64,000 nucleotides of DNA from Batkoa obscura (lineage: Eukaryota), in NCBI GenBank assembly GCA_030770535.1, contig JASVEC010000002.1, positions 1,798,001 to 1,862,000 on the forward strand, given 5' to 3'. Below the pieces are notes generated by a model. It made no database searches. It was given only the letters and a program-made list of their open reading frames with translations, and had not been told where the DNA came from. The position numbers and the translations under genes are program-made. This document shows, one piece after another, positions 1-14,580 of the stretch. The first letter of the stretch is position 1. Each line of letters opens with the position of its first letter.

Positions 1-778
<778 letters not shown>

Positions 779-986
779 GTTAAAATACTTCACACCGTGT
801 AATCAATTTTTGGGATTTTGGCTAAAATTTAAAATCTTAAATCAACATAACCATTCTTGCTTTCGAATATAGCAACTTATTTAATTTAATTTTGAACTTT
901 AATCTCGAAATTTAGCATGCATAAAACTCAAAAATAAGATTATTCCTTATTGCTTTTTCTTTTTATTTCTTTTTTATTCAATAGAG

Positions 987-2933
987 ATGGGTGATTCTAG
1001 ATTTGAGGATTGTTCGGATGAAGAGAATTTCGTTATAAAGGAAACGCAGAAAGAGATTAAAGGTAATTTGAATCAAAATATTATAAATGAAGACGATGAA
1101 TATTGGAATGAATCGGATGAAGTAGAGTTTGAAGACGATTATGACGACCAGCTTAATCACCTTGACCAATGGAATGAAGCATCTGGAGGTAATAAAATAG
1201 AGTGTTTAAATTTATTAGATTATTGATAGTTTTTAGACTTCACCAAACAATACAATAAGATAAAGTCGAGACTAAATCAATTAGCCATAAGTTCACCAGC
1301 TAGTGGAGCGTCTAAAGAAAAAGTTAAAGAAAAGGCTAAAGATAAAAAAGAACTAGTCAAAGAAGAAGCAGGAGCAACTAATAAGTCTAAAAATGTTTAT
1401 TTAGATCAACTAGCTGCTCTTTCTAAATTTTCTAATAAAATTAATTTAGGTAATTCAATAAATATAGTGGTTTATTTAGTATTAATAATTTAGGCGCTAT
1501 GTTCAATACACAAACTACAGCTGTAGGTGATGGTGGAGGTAGTCGTAAAGCACAAGGTTATAAACACGTCAATGTAGATAAAGCAGATAGGGCTACTACT
1601 GAGCAAGTGTTGGACCCTAGGACACGTATCATTTTATTCAAAATGTTAAATCGTAACTTATTTACTGAGGTGAATGGATGTATTAGTACAGGTAAAGAGG
1701 CCAATGTTTACCATGCAAGTACAGAAGAAGGTGGCCACCTAGCTATAAAGATTTATAAGACCAGTATCCTTACCTTCAAGGATCGTGATAAGTATGTTAC
1801 TGGAGAATATCGTTTTAGAAATGGGTACTCAAAATCGAATCCACGTAAAATGGTAAAAGTTTGGGCTGAAAAAGAACTAAGGAATTTGAAACGTCTTCAA
1901 CAGGCTGATATCCCATCCCCAAAGCCAATTCTTTTACGTATGCATGTTTTAGTTATGGAATTTTTGGGAGATGATAAAGGATGGGCTTATCCAAGATTGA
2001 AGGATGCTAATATTAGTGCAGATCGTTTCCCTTCCCTTTATCTTCAGTTGGTTAAAATTATGCGTAAGATGTATCATGTTTGTAAACTGGTACACGCTGA
2101 TTTATCAGAATATAATTTACTTTATCATCATAAAAAAATTTATGTAATTGATGTATCGCAAAGTGTTGAACAAGATCATCCACATGCATTTGAGTTTTTA
2201 AGATCGGATTGTACAAATATCACCGATTTTTTTAGAAAAAGAAATGTAGCTGTTATGACAGTTAAAGAGCTCTTTCAATGGGTTGTAGATCCTAATTTAC
2301 CAGTTGAAGATGGGCCAGAGTTAGATGAGATATTGGAAGGTATTTCAGTCAAAGTAGCTAGTAGAAGTTTAGAAGAAAGTAAAAAATTATTAAGTGAGGA
2401 AGAGGTATTTAAACAAACTTATATCCCTCGTCATTTGGAAGAAGTTATCAACGTGGAAGGCGATTTGGATCGTATTGAAGCTGGTAAAGGGGATGAACTT
2501 ACTTACACCTCTCTTTTGAAGGGAGTTAATATATCTAATCCTATTAAAGAAATGCAAGAGCAATTACTCTCTAATAAAAAGGCGCAGGATTCCGATGAAG
2601 CTGAGTCTGAGGATGAAAAAGATGATGAAGACGACAATGAAGATGACGATGAAGAAAATATAGATAGTGATAAAGAAGGAGAAGACTCAGATGAAGATAG
2701 CGATGAATGGGAAGAAAGGGAGAAAAATGTTGGTAAAGGAAAAAGATATGAGGACCCAGAGCTTAAAAAGGTAATAATAATAATAAATAAATAAAAAATA
2801 CTAAATTTATTTATAGCAACGTAAAAAGGAAGCAAAGGAACAAGCTAGAGAAAGTAGAAAAACAAAGATACCAAAAGCAGTTAAAAAGAGAAAAGAAAAA
2901 TTAACTAGTACTAAGAAAGGTAAAAAGAAATAG
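987..2933 (+). CDS. RIO1: RIO1 atypical kinase (40S maturation), 4 exons
   Basis: [41 protein letters not shown]; acidic tract and K-rich tail. GT-AG introns join ORFs 987 and 1499; stop TAG 2931-2933. Confidence 0.95.
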
Positions 2934-3053
2934 AGAGTTTATAGAATTTAAAGATTATTATTAAAGAGCATTCAAATGTATCCTTTCATTTTACTTTTTA
3001 AATAGTATATTTACACTTTCAAACCAGACTATTTTTATCATTTATTTTATATT

Positions 3054-3113
3054 TATTTAATGTTCTTTATTTTGTATTTAATGTTCTTTATTTTGTATTT
3101 AATGTTATTTTAT
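3054..3113. repeat. Tandem 21-bp minisatellite (TATTTAATGTTCTTTATTTTG, ~2.7 copies)
   Basis: Exact copies at 3054-3074 and 3075-3095 plus a degenerate third, lying between the convergent RIO1 and IMPDH 3' ends. Confidence 0.8.
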
Positions 3114-3252
3114 ATTTTAATAAAAATGTTAAAGTTTGTTTAAAATTTAAATATTCTTTTATTTTACTACCAAAAAAGTAATTTTCTATAGTTGGATTTA
3201 AATCATTGAATAGATAGAGAAGGTTATTTACACTTCAAATAATAATTATGAT

Positions 3253-4833
3253 TTAAGAAAAGAGACGTTTTTCGTAATTATGGAGACCATGGACCCCACC
3301 TTCAACCTGAGCAGCAGCAGTACGCTTTTCAAAACGTACTTTACCACTAAATACACCTTCTTGGAGAAGAGAAACTGAACGGACACCAATGTCTTGGAGT
3401 CCATGCTGGAGTCCAATGAATAAATAAGGTACAAATTTACGAATGGAACCCTTATCGACAACTGAACCAGCTACACCTTGAGCAACTTTAATAGCATCAG
3501 ACTCAGAGAAATAACGAGCTAATGAACCAGAATCTTGTTTAGCTTTATCACCTGATTTTTCCATAGCATCGATGGAGCCCATACCACGATATCTCTTGAG
3601 CCTTTTACCTTCGTGGTAAAAGTACTCTCCAGGAGACTCTAAAGTGCCTGCTAACAAACCACCCATCATAACAGCTGAAGCACCAAGAGCTACGGCTTTA
3701 GTGATATGACCAACGTTTTGGATACCACCATCAGCAATAACTGGAATACCAAATTGACGAGCAAATTGAGATACACGGTAAACGGCAGTTCCTTGAGGAC
3801 GACCAACAGCCATAACTTCTTGAGTAATACAGATGGACCCAGAACCCATACCAACGCGAAGAGCATCGGCACCAGCAACAATAAGCTCAGCAGCTTGTTC
3901 ACGGGTAACTACGTTTCCGGCAATGACTTCTACTTTAGGGTAAGTAGATTTGATGAATTTAATCATCTCAATTTGGAAAGTAGAGTTTCCTTGAGAACTA
4001 TCAATTACAACAATATCAAGTCCAGCTTCAACAAGTACAGCGAGGCGGGTACGATCTTCTGGACGAGTACCGATAGCAGCAGCAACCAAAAGTTGCTTCG
4101 AGTTTTTGCATTTAGAAGCTAATGGGAAGTCACGGTTTTTAAGGAGATCGGAGCGGGATAAGAGGGAAACAAGTTCGTAATTTTTATTAACGATAGGGAG
4201 TTTACCTTTTTTACTTTCTTTTAAGATTTTGTTGGCTTCATCTAAAGTGACGCCTTCTTGAGCAACAACAAGCTCTTTGGTCATAACATCACTAACCTTA
4301 GTTTCAGAGTTATGAATAAACTGAATATCACGACCAGTAACTAAACCAATTAATTTGGAGTTTAATTTACCATTTTCAGTGATTGGAATACCACAGAAAC
4401 CATATCTAGCTTTGATGTCCCATACATCAGCAATGGTAGAATCTGGCGAAAGTACAATTGGTTCAGAGATGAAACCATTTTCAAAAGTTTTTACCTTACG
4501 AACCATTAAAGCTTGTTCTTCTGAGGAGCAGTTGTTATGAATAACACCTAAACCACCGAGTAAAGCCATATTGATAGCCATATCAGCTTCAGTAACGGTA
4601 TCCATAGGACTGGAAACAAAAGGAGTTTTGAGCTTATAGTTCTTAGTAATATTGACTTCACAATCAACGATATGAGCAGGGAAGTCAATATGACCTGGAA
4701 GGATTAAGAAATCATTGTAAGTTAAACCACCTGAGATTTGAGGGTCCATCAACTCTTCAGCACTTAAACCATCAGCAGTTTGGTTCTTGAGTACTTCTAA
4801 GGCACTGGCACAGTCTAAATACTTTCCATTCAT
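3253..4833 (-). CDS. IMD: Inosine-5'-monophosphate dehydrogenase (intronless)
   Basis: [24 protein letters not shown] pair, catalytic [26 protein letters not shown]. Confidence 0.97.
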   Translation of the reverse strand: MNGKYLDCASALEVLKNQTADGLSAEELMDPQISGGLTYNDFLILPGHIDFPAHIVDCEVNITKNYKLKTPFVSSPMDTVTEADMAINMALLGGLGVIHNNCSSEEQALMVRKVKTFENGFISEPIVLSPDSTIADVWDIKARYGFCGIPITENGKLNSKLIGLVTGRDIQFIHNSETKVSDVMTKELVVAQEGVTLDEANKILKESKKGKLPIVNKNYELVSLLSRSDLLKNRDFPLASKCKNSKQLLVAAAIGTRPEDRTRLAVLVEAGLDIVVIDSSQGNSTFQIEMIKFIKSTYPKVEVIAGNVVTREQAAELIVAGADALRVGMGSGSICITQEVMAVGRPQGTAVYRVSQFARQFGIPVIADGGIQNVGHITKAVALGASAVMMGGLLAGTLESPGEYFYHEGKRLKRYRGMGSIDAMEKSGDKAKQDSGSLARYFSESDAIKVAQGVAGSVVDKGSIRKFVPYLFIGLQHGLQDIGVRSVSLLQEGVFSGKVRFEKRTAAAQVEGGVHGLHNYEKRLFS

Positions 4834-5327
4834 TTTAATTTTGGGGAATGTTAAATTTTAAATTCCCATGATTAAAGATTGATTTCAAGCCTATTTATAC
4901 TTCTCCATAATAAAAATTAAGCTTTAATTGGTTAATCTTATTCTCGGTGTAAATGGACAACAAATTACAATCGATTAATTTAGGATGACTTATGATCTTA
5001 TTGGTAGATAGGAATTAATTTTTGTGTATTTGATTTAGGTTAACCAAAGGAATATTATTAGGAGTTAGTCATTTTAGTTTAAACCTAAAACTTTTGAATA
5101 GGTCCCGTAGCCCGCCTTACAGTATGTAATGGTAGCTTCGTTTTGCTTCTAAAAACATATTTACATAAATGGCAAATATTTATAATTTATGATACTTCAC
5201 CTTGATATAAAATTGTATATAAACTTAGCTAAAATATTACATTCATTTATTTGTATTTGAATTATAAACATAATAATCTAACTATTTGTAATCCAAAAGT
5301 TTATGGTTTAGATTGATAACATTATAT

Positions 5328-5426
5328 GGGAGTGTTTTTTTTGACTTCATTACTTTTTCCATCTTTTAAGCGCTATTTGAGTGGAAAAGTTATTAGTAAA
5401 ATTCTTAAATACAAAAATACATCCCC
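5328..5426 (+). mobile_element. ~100-bp MITE copy (family A)
   Basis: GGGAGTGT...ACATCCCC termini, core TTTTCCATCTTTTAAGCGCTATTTGAGTGGAAAA, flanked by ATAT/ATAT. Confidence 0.88.
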
Positions 5427-5652
5427 ATATAGCCTGTCTTAATTTGTTATGTATATAACACTTTAAGGGGTTTTATATTAAAACATCAAATATTCATGAT
5501 CAATAAATACCAACTTTTTGAAGTTTCAATTCTGTTATTTGCCTAATAAGGTATTTTGAACTTAGTAAGTTTTTACACTTAAGGATTGAGTTCGTTATAA
5601 TTTCAATCAGGCTTTTAAACTCGGCTTGGAATAGATTGAATGTTTGTAATAC

Positions 5653-5750
5653 GGGGGTGTTTTTTTGATTTTATTATTTTTTCTATCTTTTAAGCGCTAT
5701 TTTAGTAGAAAAATTGTTAGTAAAATTCTTAAATACAAAAGTACATCCCC
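5653..5750 (+). mobile_element. MITE family A copy
   Basis: Same core; flanked by the direct repeat ATAC (5649-5652 and 5751-5754). Confidence 0.88.
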
Positions 5751-6012
5751 ATACTTTACTTCGGATTTCATGTTTAAATTATTGAATCTTCAATAATGAT
5801 TATTATATTGGTAAAAAGATAATATCCTTATATTTGCTGTAAGGAATTAATTAGATGAGCTTATTTTGCTGGATGGTTAGTTTAGATAAAATTCACTTTT
5901 TTAAAACGGTTTAACTATTATTAGATATACTAAACTTCATTTTTTAAATGAAATATAATTAACGCTATTAAATAAATATATATTACTATTGAAAAGTGAA
6001 TTTATTTAATAA

Positions 6013-7194
6013 TTAAGCCCATTCACGAGGATTTTTCAATACATGGATTAAAATTTCTTCTGGAGAATTAGGCTTTGGTTTGAAATCATATTGCCAACGT
6101 GCAGTGAGAGGTAAAGAAACAAGAATAGACTCAATCCTTGGGTTGGGGGTATGTAAACCAAACTTAGTACCTCTATCATGGATGAGATTAAACTCAACAT
6201 ATCTACCTCTTCTTAACTGTTGCCACTCTTTTTGTTCTTGAGTAAAATTAGCGTCTTTTCTCTTTTCAACAAGGGGGAGGTAAGATGGTAAGAAAGAGTT
6301 ACCACATGCTTTAACAAAGTTGAATAAGTCTTCTTTATTGCCAAAGCGCTCATCCAAATCATCAAAAAATATACCGCCAATACCACGACATTCACTACGA
6401 TGGGTATTAACAAAATATTTGTCACACCATTTTTTAAACTTGGAATAAAAATCAGGGTTTGTTTGATCACATGCGGATTTTAATGTTTTGTGAAAGTGTT
6501 TGGCGTCTTCAACAAATAAATAAGCTGGTGTTAAATCCGAACCACCACCAAACCACCAAACAGGTTCTTTAGTATTTGGATTTTCAACTTCAAAATATCT
6601 ATAATTCAAATGGACCGTTGGTGCCATTGGATTTTTTGGATGAATGACTAAAGATATTGAAGCAGTAAAAAAATTAAATGGTCCATCACCTTCTAACTTC
6701 TCACTAGCTTCAGCACGCATCTGTTTTACAGCAGGTTTTGGTAGCTTACCATGTACTATAGAAATATTTACTCCTGCTCTTTCAAATACATTACCATCTT
6801 CCAATACACAACTTATCCCTTCTCCTCCTAATGCTCGTTGCCATGAATCTTGTTTAAAACTTTTACCATCCAGTTTACTGATTTCTGAGCAGATATCCTT
6901 TTGTAGTTGTTTTATGTATTCGCTCATAAGTTTCCTCATTGGTACCTCTTCTTCTACTCTTGTACTGATATACTTTGGCGCTTCACACGAAATCAAGGTT
7001 TTCTATTCAAAAAATTAAATCAAATTAAAAATATAAATTCTAATTACCTTATACAAAGGACCTAAGTCATATTGTTTATTAAGATAATATGCACTTAAAC
7101 TTAAGCCTAAAATAGGAACAGTAACCTTCAATGGATTTTTATAAGCAATCGTAAGTTCTTTAATATTATGTTTTATTGTATTCAACCGATTCAT
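6013..7194 (-). CDS. HEM13: Oxygen-dependent coproporphyrinogen III oxidase, 2 exons
   Basis: FERAGVNIS, HPKNPMAPTVHLNYRYF, WWFGGGSDLTP, RGIGGIFFDD, RRGRYVEFNL. Exon 1 from ATG 7194 (MNRLNTIK...) is spliced to ORF 6013..6996. Confidence 0.95.
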
Positions 7195-7681
7195 TTTTAA
7201 AATTGATTTTTAGATTTTTTTGAATTTTGAATTTTATATTACGTAGACTAAACCTGATTGACTTGAATAAAAGTGGGCCGATTTAATTTTAAATATTCCC
7301 AAGTATAAAAATGAACTTTGCTATATGATTGTATACGATAAATTTATTTATCATGAGTTTTACTCATGAGCATATAATAAAGTTCGATATTTTTGTATCG
7401 GTTTATAGCACGCTGTCTTTATTCTTTATAAATACCATAAAAATAGACTGATTTTTAGTTTAGCTTTTTGTTGTTTTTTTATATTTAATCATTTTTATTT
7501 CTGTGTTTATCTAATGATCTTTTTTTGATACAATATCAAATTAAATAATTTTAGTTTATATATAATGAGTTATTTTAATGCTGTATTAACGTAGATGATT
7601 TATTCACAACTTGTACTAAATAACAATATTAAAACTGTTTTTTATCTCATAAGACAAGCAGTTATCTTTAAGTCAACATAT

Positions 7682-7780
7682 GGGGATGTTTTTTTTAGCT
7701 TCATTACTTTTTCCATCTTTTAAGCACTATCTGAACGGAAAAATTGTTAGTAAAATTCTTAAATACAAAAACACATCCCC
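7682..7780 (+). mobile_element. MITE family A copy
   Basis: GGGGATGT...ACATCCCC, TSD ATAT/ATAT; accounts for spurious ORF 7680..7928. Confidence 0.9.
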
Positions 7781-8233
7781 ATATACTATATCATTCTATA
7801 ATTATATTAATAAGTTTCAACTTAGCATGTTAATTAGTATCAGTTGGATTTTTCATATATATATTTATTTAACATTTATAATGATTGTTAAGTTGAACAA
7901 AAAAGATATTCCCATATATTGTCACTAATAGTTATTTACTGATTTGAACATAGTATGAGGTATATTCTCGAATTAATAAAATAAAATAAGTTACTTGTGA
8001 TTTTATTTTATGTTTATATTAATCTAACCTTTTATCTAACCTTTATATTTTAGTCCATACTTTTTTAAATTATGAAAGCTCGAATTTTTATAAGATTTTC
8101 AGTGTCAAAAAAGTAAGAATAATATAACAAAGCTAGTTACTTTAAACCTTTATAAGTACTAATTACACCAGTATTCTTTTCTGATTACGTTTCCTTGTTA
8201 CGTCGTTGATATTTAACTTTTGAGTATTTATAT

Positions 8234-8261
8234 TACATAATACATAATACATAATACATAA
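8234..8261. repeat. (TACATAA)4 tandem repeat
   Basis: Four exact 7-mers. Confidence 0.8.
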
Positions 8262-8931
8262 TATATAAACATAATACATAAGTGTGAATTTTTTAAAATT
8301 TAAAAAATATATTAATACATAATAGCAATCTTAATTTAAAAATCAAAATTCATTACAATAAGTCTATAATACATATATTAAATAGATCGTAAATGTTTAT
8401 TGGTGTTAGTAAGATATAATATAACAAAAAAGCTAAAATTTTATTTAAATATTTTATTAAATTATAGTAGATTCACTTTCAATTTAACTTTTATAAATCG
8501 GAAAATAGAGTTTGATTTTAGAATTAGAATCAAGTGCTCAACTTTATATTAAATTTTAAAACAGTATGGGGATTTGGGGAATTACGATAAGATGGTGGAT
8601 TTTAATTGGCTATGGAATGTGGTTTGATTCATTATTATGGCATATAATTTTCTCCTTAAATTTAGATTAGTTCTTTATCAAGCTAAGATTAAATTTATCA
8701 TTTGCTTATTGCATACTTATGAAAAAATAACAATATTTCTTCTAAAATACGATGCATGATTGGGTATTTTAACAATGCGCAATCATTAATGTGGTTTTTA
8801 TTGGTTGATAATGAAATCAATTAGAAGTTAACAAACCCAATTAAATACTGGTACCACATGGAATAAAAGTAAATAAAATGTAAAGAACAGAAATCTTAAG
8901 ATTATCTTTTGTTAGATTAAATAAAACTATA

Positions 8932-10801
8932 ATGACTTCTGCCGCTAAAGCTAAACGTGCCGAAAAGAAAGCCGGTAAAAAACTTGGAAAAAAGGGTGCC
9001 GCTGCTGAAGTTGACCCAAATGAAATCGATATGAAGTCTCTTAAAATTACTTATGATCGTTCCGCTACTGGTGTACTTACCTCTCAAGAAAGTTCAAGAG
9101 ATATAAAGATTGAATCTTTTACTCTTTCTTTCCATGGTAGGTTACTTATCTCTAATGCTACCATTGAACTCAATTTTGGTCGTCGTTATGGTCTTCTTGG
9201 CTCTAACGGTTCAGGTAAATCTACTTTCCTTAACTGTTTAGCTGCCCGTGAAGTACCTATTCCATTACACACTGATGTAAGTTTAGTCTAATTTAATTTT
9301 GTATGTTTACTAAATAATAATTAGATTTATCTTTTAAATGAAGAAGCTGAACCAAGTGAGTTCACTGGTGTAGAATATGTTATTGACCATGCTGAAAAAG
9401 AAGTCGCAGTAAGTTAAATATAATATCATACTACAGTTATAATTAATTATTATTTAGCGTCTTGAACATCGTGTTGAAGAACTTCTTGGAGAAGAAGGCG
9501 GTAGTGATAATCCTGAAATTGATGATCTTTACGAACGTATTGAACAAATGGATCCTGCTACTTTTGAATCCCGTGCTGCCACATTATTAAATGGTCTTGG
9601 ATTCGGACCAGAAATGATGAAGAAAAAGACTAAAGATATGTCTGGAGGATGGCGTATGCGCGTATCTCTAGCTAAGGCACTTTTCATTAAGCCCACCCTT
9701 TTACTTCTTGATGAACCTACCAATCATTTAGATTTAGAAGCTTGTGTCTGGCTCGAAGAATATTTAAAGACTTATGATCGTATCTTAGTCGTTGTTTCTC
9801 ATTCTCAAGATTTCTTAAATGGTGTATGTACTAATATCATGGATCTCACCCATCTTAAAACTTTAGTCTATTATGGTGGTAATTATGATACTTATGTTAG
9901 AACTAAAGCTGAGAATGAAGTCAATCAGAACAAGGCTTATGCTAAACAACAAGCTGAAATTGAGCATATTAGAAAGTTCGTAGCTTCCGCTGGTACATAT
10001 GCCAATTTAGTTAAACAAGCTAAAAGTAAACTTAAGATTATTGAAAAGATGGAAGCCGATGGTCTTATCCAAAAGGTTGAAAATCCATTCCCATACAAAT
10101 TCGATTTCCTTGATGTTGACAAGTTACCTCCACCAGTATTATCATTTGCTGATGCTGCCTTTGCTTACTCTGGAAAGATGGAAGATGCTCTTTACAAACA
10201 TTTAGAATTAGCTGTTGATATGGATTCCAGAATTGCTATTGTAGGGCCTAATGGTGTTGGTAAATCAACCCTTCTTAAACTTATGACTGGTGAACTTCAA
10301 GCTACCGATGGACGTGTTACTCGCCACACTAAACTTAAGCTTGCTAAATATTCTCAGCATTCTAATGATCAACTTGATGGTGAACTTACTCCAATTGACT
10401 ATATGCGCAGAAAATTCCCTGGTGAACCACAAGAAATGGATCACTGGCGTCGTATTTTAGGTAGATATGGTCTTTCTGGTAACCATCAAACTTCCTTGAT
10501 CAAAACCTTATCCGATGGTCTTAAGTCTCGTTTAGTATTTGGAGAACTTGCTTTATCTCGCCCACATATTCTCTTGTTTGATGAACCTACCAATCATTTA
10601 GATATGGAGTCTATTGATTCTTTAGCTGACGCTATCAATAGGTTTGATGGTGGTATGGTTTTAGTGTCCCATGATTTCCGTTTGATTTCTCAAGTAGCTC
10701 AAGATATATGGCTTTTACAAGATAAAAAGGTTACTTTATGGGCTGAAGGTGGTATCAAAGCTTATAAAGAATCCCTTCGTAAGAACGTTAAACTCGTTTA
10801 A
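8932..10801 (+). CDS. ARB1: ABCF-family ATPase (Arb1/ABCF2), 3 exons
   Basis: Two ABC domains (GSNGSGKS, MSGGWRMR, LLDEPTNHLD; GPNGVGKS, LSDGLKSR) and no transmembrane domain; RSATGVLTS N-terminal motif. Confidence 0.93.
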
Positions 10802-11082
10802 ACTCACTTCTCCGTTATATATTCACTGTTTTATCCTTATATTAGAAATGTAATATAACTTTGATCGAAAGATTTTTAATGCTTATAGATAGTTTTATCC
10901 CAACCTTATTAAATAAATATTTTTAATAAAATAATACTGGATGCTCAAATTTTGTTTTATAAGTAATTTATAATTTATTAGAAATAGAATTATTGTAGAA
11001 ATAGTGTAGTTATGAATAATTTATAATAGTTTATTAAGAGAATATACAGTTTATGAAAAGAACATATAAATAAGATGAAATA

Positions 11083-11765
11083 TTATTCCGGCTTATCTTC
11101 AGTTGTTTTACTTTTAAATATAGATTCTTCTAAATCTAAAATATTTTTTAAACTTTGGTTTCTAAATAAAATAGCTATAAGACTATCATCAATATATATA
11201 AAACAATAGCTATACCTTAAACAAAACCATTCTTCCAGTTTTTGAATACTCTGCTCAAAATTTAAACTACCGGATTTATAAGCGCTTAGTACTTGATTTG
11301 ATACTTCCTTTTGTTCCTCATTTTCTAAATTAACACTAACAAAATAGTTCATTTAGTTTAAAATTCTTATAAATAAAATAAAATAAAAACTCACCCACTA
11401 TTAAACAAGCCTTTAACAACCAAAGCACTATCTTCTTTGTCAATCAGTTGATCAAATTCTTTACCAACAACTTCCTCTTTATCATCTTTATCAAAACATA
11501 ATGCATCATAAGCAAGAAAAAGATTAGAAAAACAAAACAAATTTTTCACTTCTTTAGCTGAGTCATCTAATTCAATTAATATTGAATCGGATTTAACGAT
11601 CTTCTCTGGTATATCTTCGTCTTCAAAAACAAAGTGATAATTGGTACATAATATGGATTGTTGACTAAAATCATCTGAGATTATAATTTTATTGGGTAAA
11701 GTTATAGCTTTTTCTTGTATGGATTGGATGTTGTCACTAGTTGTAGATGTAGGTGATGTGGACAT
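11083..11765 (-). CDS. Hypothetical ~205-aa protein, 2 exons
   Basis: ORFs 11391..11765 and 11083..11352 join in frame through a GTGAGT...TTGTTAG intron (LFNSG|VNLENE). No motif recognised. Confidence 0.65.
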
Positions 11766-11923
11766 ATTTTGAAAAATTTGTTTAATAAATAAATTTATTT
11801 TTTGATTTTATAATTTAGGTTTTATTTTGCAATTACTTGAATCAAAGGCTTGGTTTTTTTGCAAAGTTGAAATTAGTAGGAAGATTTATGCTTTGAAGAT
11901 TTTTAGTTTTGAATTGTTTTAAA

Positions 11924-13404
11924 ATGGCTAAAGTAGAAAATAATAAAATTATATGGGAAAATTCAGTAAGTTAATATATAATTCAGAGTTGAGAAATATA
12001 TTGAGTTATATTAAAAGGAATTTCCAATCCTTTGCGAGTCTTGTTTAGGCCCCAACCCTTATGTTCGTATGGTAAAAGCAAAATAAATATTAATTGTTAT
12101 TTCTAATATTCATTAAATATTTAGACAAAACAAAGTTTTGGTAAAGAGTGCAAAGTAAGGAAAGCAATATTATATAAAAAGAGAGTGATTAATAAAAGAG
12201 GTATGCCAAAGACCTTTTACAGTATTTAGATGGTGTCCAGGAGCAGGTATGCGTCATAAAAAAACGGAAATATGTCAAACTTGTGCCAAGATAAAGAATG
12301 TTTGCCAAACGTGTATTTTGGATCTACAATATCATTTACCAGTACAAGTTCGAGATCAAGGGTTAAATGTAGCAGCTAATCTACCAAAAGATAGAGTGAA
12401 TAAAGATTATTTTATTAAAAATGCCGAAAAAAAAGTAAGATTTAGCTTAGATTTATAAATTAATTTGGAAACTAATCATTATAGCTTGAAAATGGGGAAG
12501 TAGTGTATGATTTTGAACAAGCTTCATTAGCTGGTAAAAGTTTATTAAAAAAGATGGCGAGGGCTGAGCCTTTTTATCAAAGGAATAGACCTCATATTTG
12601 TTCTTTTTTTATTAAAGGTACTTGTACCCGTGGTGATGCTTGTCCTTATAGGTAACATATAATAATTTTACGTTTTTAGTTTAAGATTCGATTTATCTTC
12701 ATTAGACATGAAATTCCTAAAGATAATGATTTGGGTAAACAAGATATTAGAAGTAGATACTTAGGAGAAGATGATCCAGTAGCTAAAAAATTATTGGCTA
12801 GAGCTTCTAATACTTCTACCTTAGCTATACCAACCGATAAAAGTATAGTAAGCTTTGTTAGCTTTATGATATATATATATTAATTTTTATAGACTTCTTT
12901 ATTTTTAACGGGTGTTCAGCCAGAGATAACTGAATTTGATATAAAGTAATTATTTGTTTGATTGTTAATGAACTATTATTGATTGCCATTATTAGAAAAC
13001 ACTTTGAAACATATGGATCAATTAAATCTGTGATAATAGTAGCTAAAGCTAAATGTGCCTTTGTTAATTTTACAGATAGAGAAGGAGCAGAAAAAGCGGC
13101 TAAAAACAGTTTAAATGTAGAAATTAAATCGCATCCAGTTCAAGTTGCTTGGGCTAAACCTAAACCTAAAGGACCTCAAACGGAAATTAAAGGTAAAAAG
13201 TAGTATTCATTTAAGGGGATTATATTAATAATTAAAATTAGAAAAAGATAATAGTGAAACTACCAGTTCTAGTCTGTTACCCCCACCACCAGGGTCGAGT
13301 GATATGGTTTATCCTAGCCAAGGTAGTTTAATCTTGACTTTGTTTGTAATATTTATTAAACTATTTTAGATCCTACAATGTTGGGTTCCTATCATACTAA
13401 ATAA
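11924..13404 (+). CDS. SLT11: Pre-mRNA splicing factor Slt11/Ecm2/RBM22 (multi-exon)
   Basis: [55 protein letters not shown] finger [10 protein letters not shown]...CPYRHE, RRM, C-terminal YPSQDP. Confidence 0.95.
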
Positions 13405-13618
13405 AAGAAATTCGGAATATCATTTTGAGATACAATAAGAATATAACTAATTAAAAAAATAATCCCATTTAAATAAAACAAGGTTTTATTATATTAATGA
13501 TGAGATTATTATAATTAAAAAATATTTTTAATCTAATGTATACAATACCAATTAAATAAAAATAGCACAATGATTAGTGTTTATTTCAAGTTTTATTTTT
13601 AAATTAAAGTATAATTTT

Positions 13619-14256
13619 TTATTTCAATTCAAAAGAAATACCACAACCACAACCGGAAGCAGCGTTCGGATTATTAACTAATTTGAAAGTGGAACCTATT
13701 AGTTCTTGCGTAAAATCCAATTGACTACCCACTATCAATGGTAAAAAAGCTTTATTTAATATAACTTTAGCCCCTTCTTTGTTTACAACTCTATTAAAAA
13801 TATTCAATAAGTAAAGTAAATATTAAGTCAAGTAAAGCTTATAATGTATTATAATAATTTTAAATAGTATGTAATAAAATAAAACAATCCAGTAAAATCA
13901 ACTTACATATCTTCCTCTTCAATTTTATCGTCTAAATCAAATAGTAATTTAAAACCATGGCAACCGCCTGATTCTATAATAACTCTTAACCCTTGATTAT
14001 AATTATTATCTCTTTTTTGTATCTTTTTAATTTGCTATAATATATAAAATACATCATAAATATATAGTAATCATTTAAAGCTTTAAATTACCTCAACCGC
14101 ACTATCTGTAATCTCTAAATCTATTGGTTTGTTTGTATTCGTAGTGGTTTTACTGTCTGTATACCATCTTCGAAATGATATCGTCGAGACTGGTTTTGAC
14201 AATACATTTGTTCGATATAGTTGAAGGCTTCTTTGCAATAGCGTGGATTTATTCAT
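13619..14256 (-). CDS. ISA2: Mitochondrial A-type Fe-S assembly protein Isa2, 3 exons
   Basis: R/S-rich presequence, LRVIIESGGCHGF, LDFTQELIGS, C-terminal NPNAASGCGCGISF. Confidence 0.92.
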
Positions 14257-14580
14257 ATTATTAGTTTGATTAAAAATTGTTTTTTTCAAAATTGGTGCTT
14301 GGTAACTTCTAAAGGTGGAGATTTTATTGGCTAAATAGAAATTCAGTGTGATGGCCTGAGCTTATAGATCTTAAGTAAAATTTTAGTGAGCTTAAATTAG
14401 TAGTGAAATCTAAAGAAGTTGCTTAATTCAAAACTTTTCAAAAAATTAAAACTCAATTTAGTTAAACTTTAACAAATCCATCATTCCAAAAAGAAGCAAA
14501 CAGCACTAAATTCCAGAAAATTATCTGCTATTAACTTGTTTTTTCATTTTTTTTTAAAAACTTAAAAAATACGTCTCATA

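Noticed and set aside
3253..4833. IMPDH as a mycophenolate self-resistance gene
   Set aside because: No PKS or other biosynthetic genes nearby; neighbours are housekeeping genes.
7680..7928. Similar short ORFs (7680..7928, 29790..29978, 32293..32475) looking like a small protein family
   Set aside because: They are chance reading frames through the MITE; other copies are frameshifted.
14345..14400. GTGTGATGGCCTGAG resembling a tRNA 5' end/A-box
   Set aside because: No T-arm (GTTCRA) or acceptor stem; no cloverleaf.
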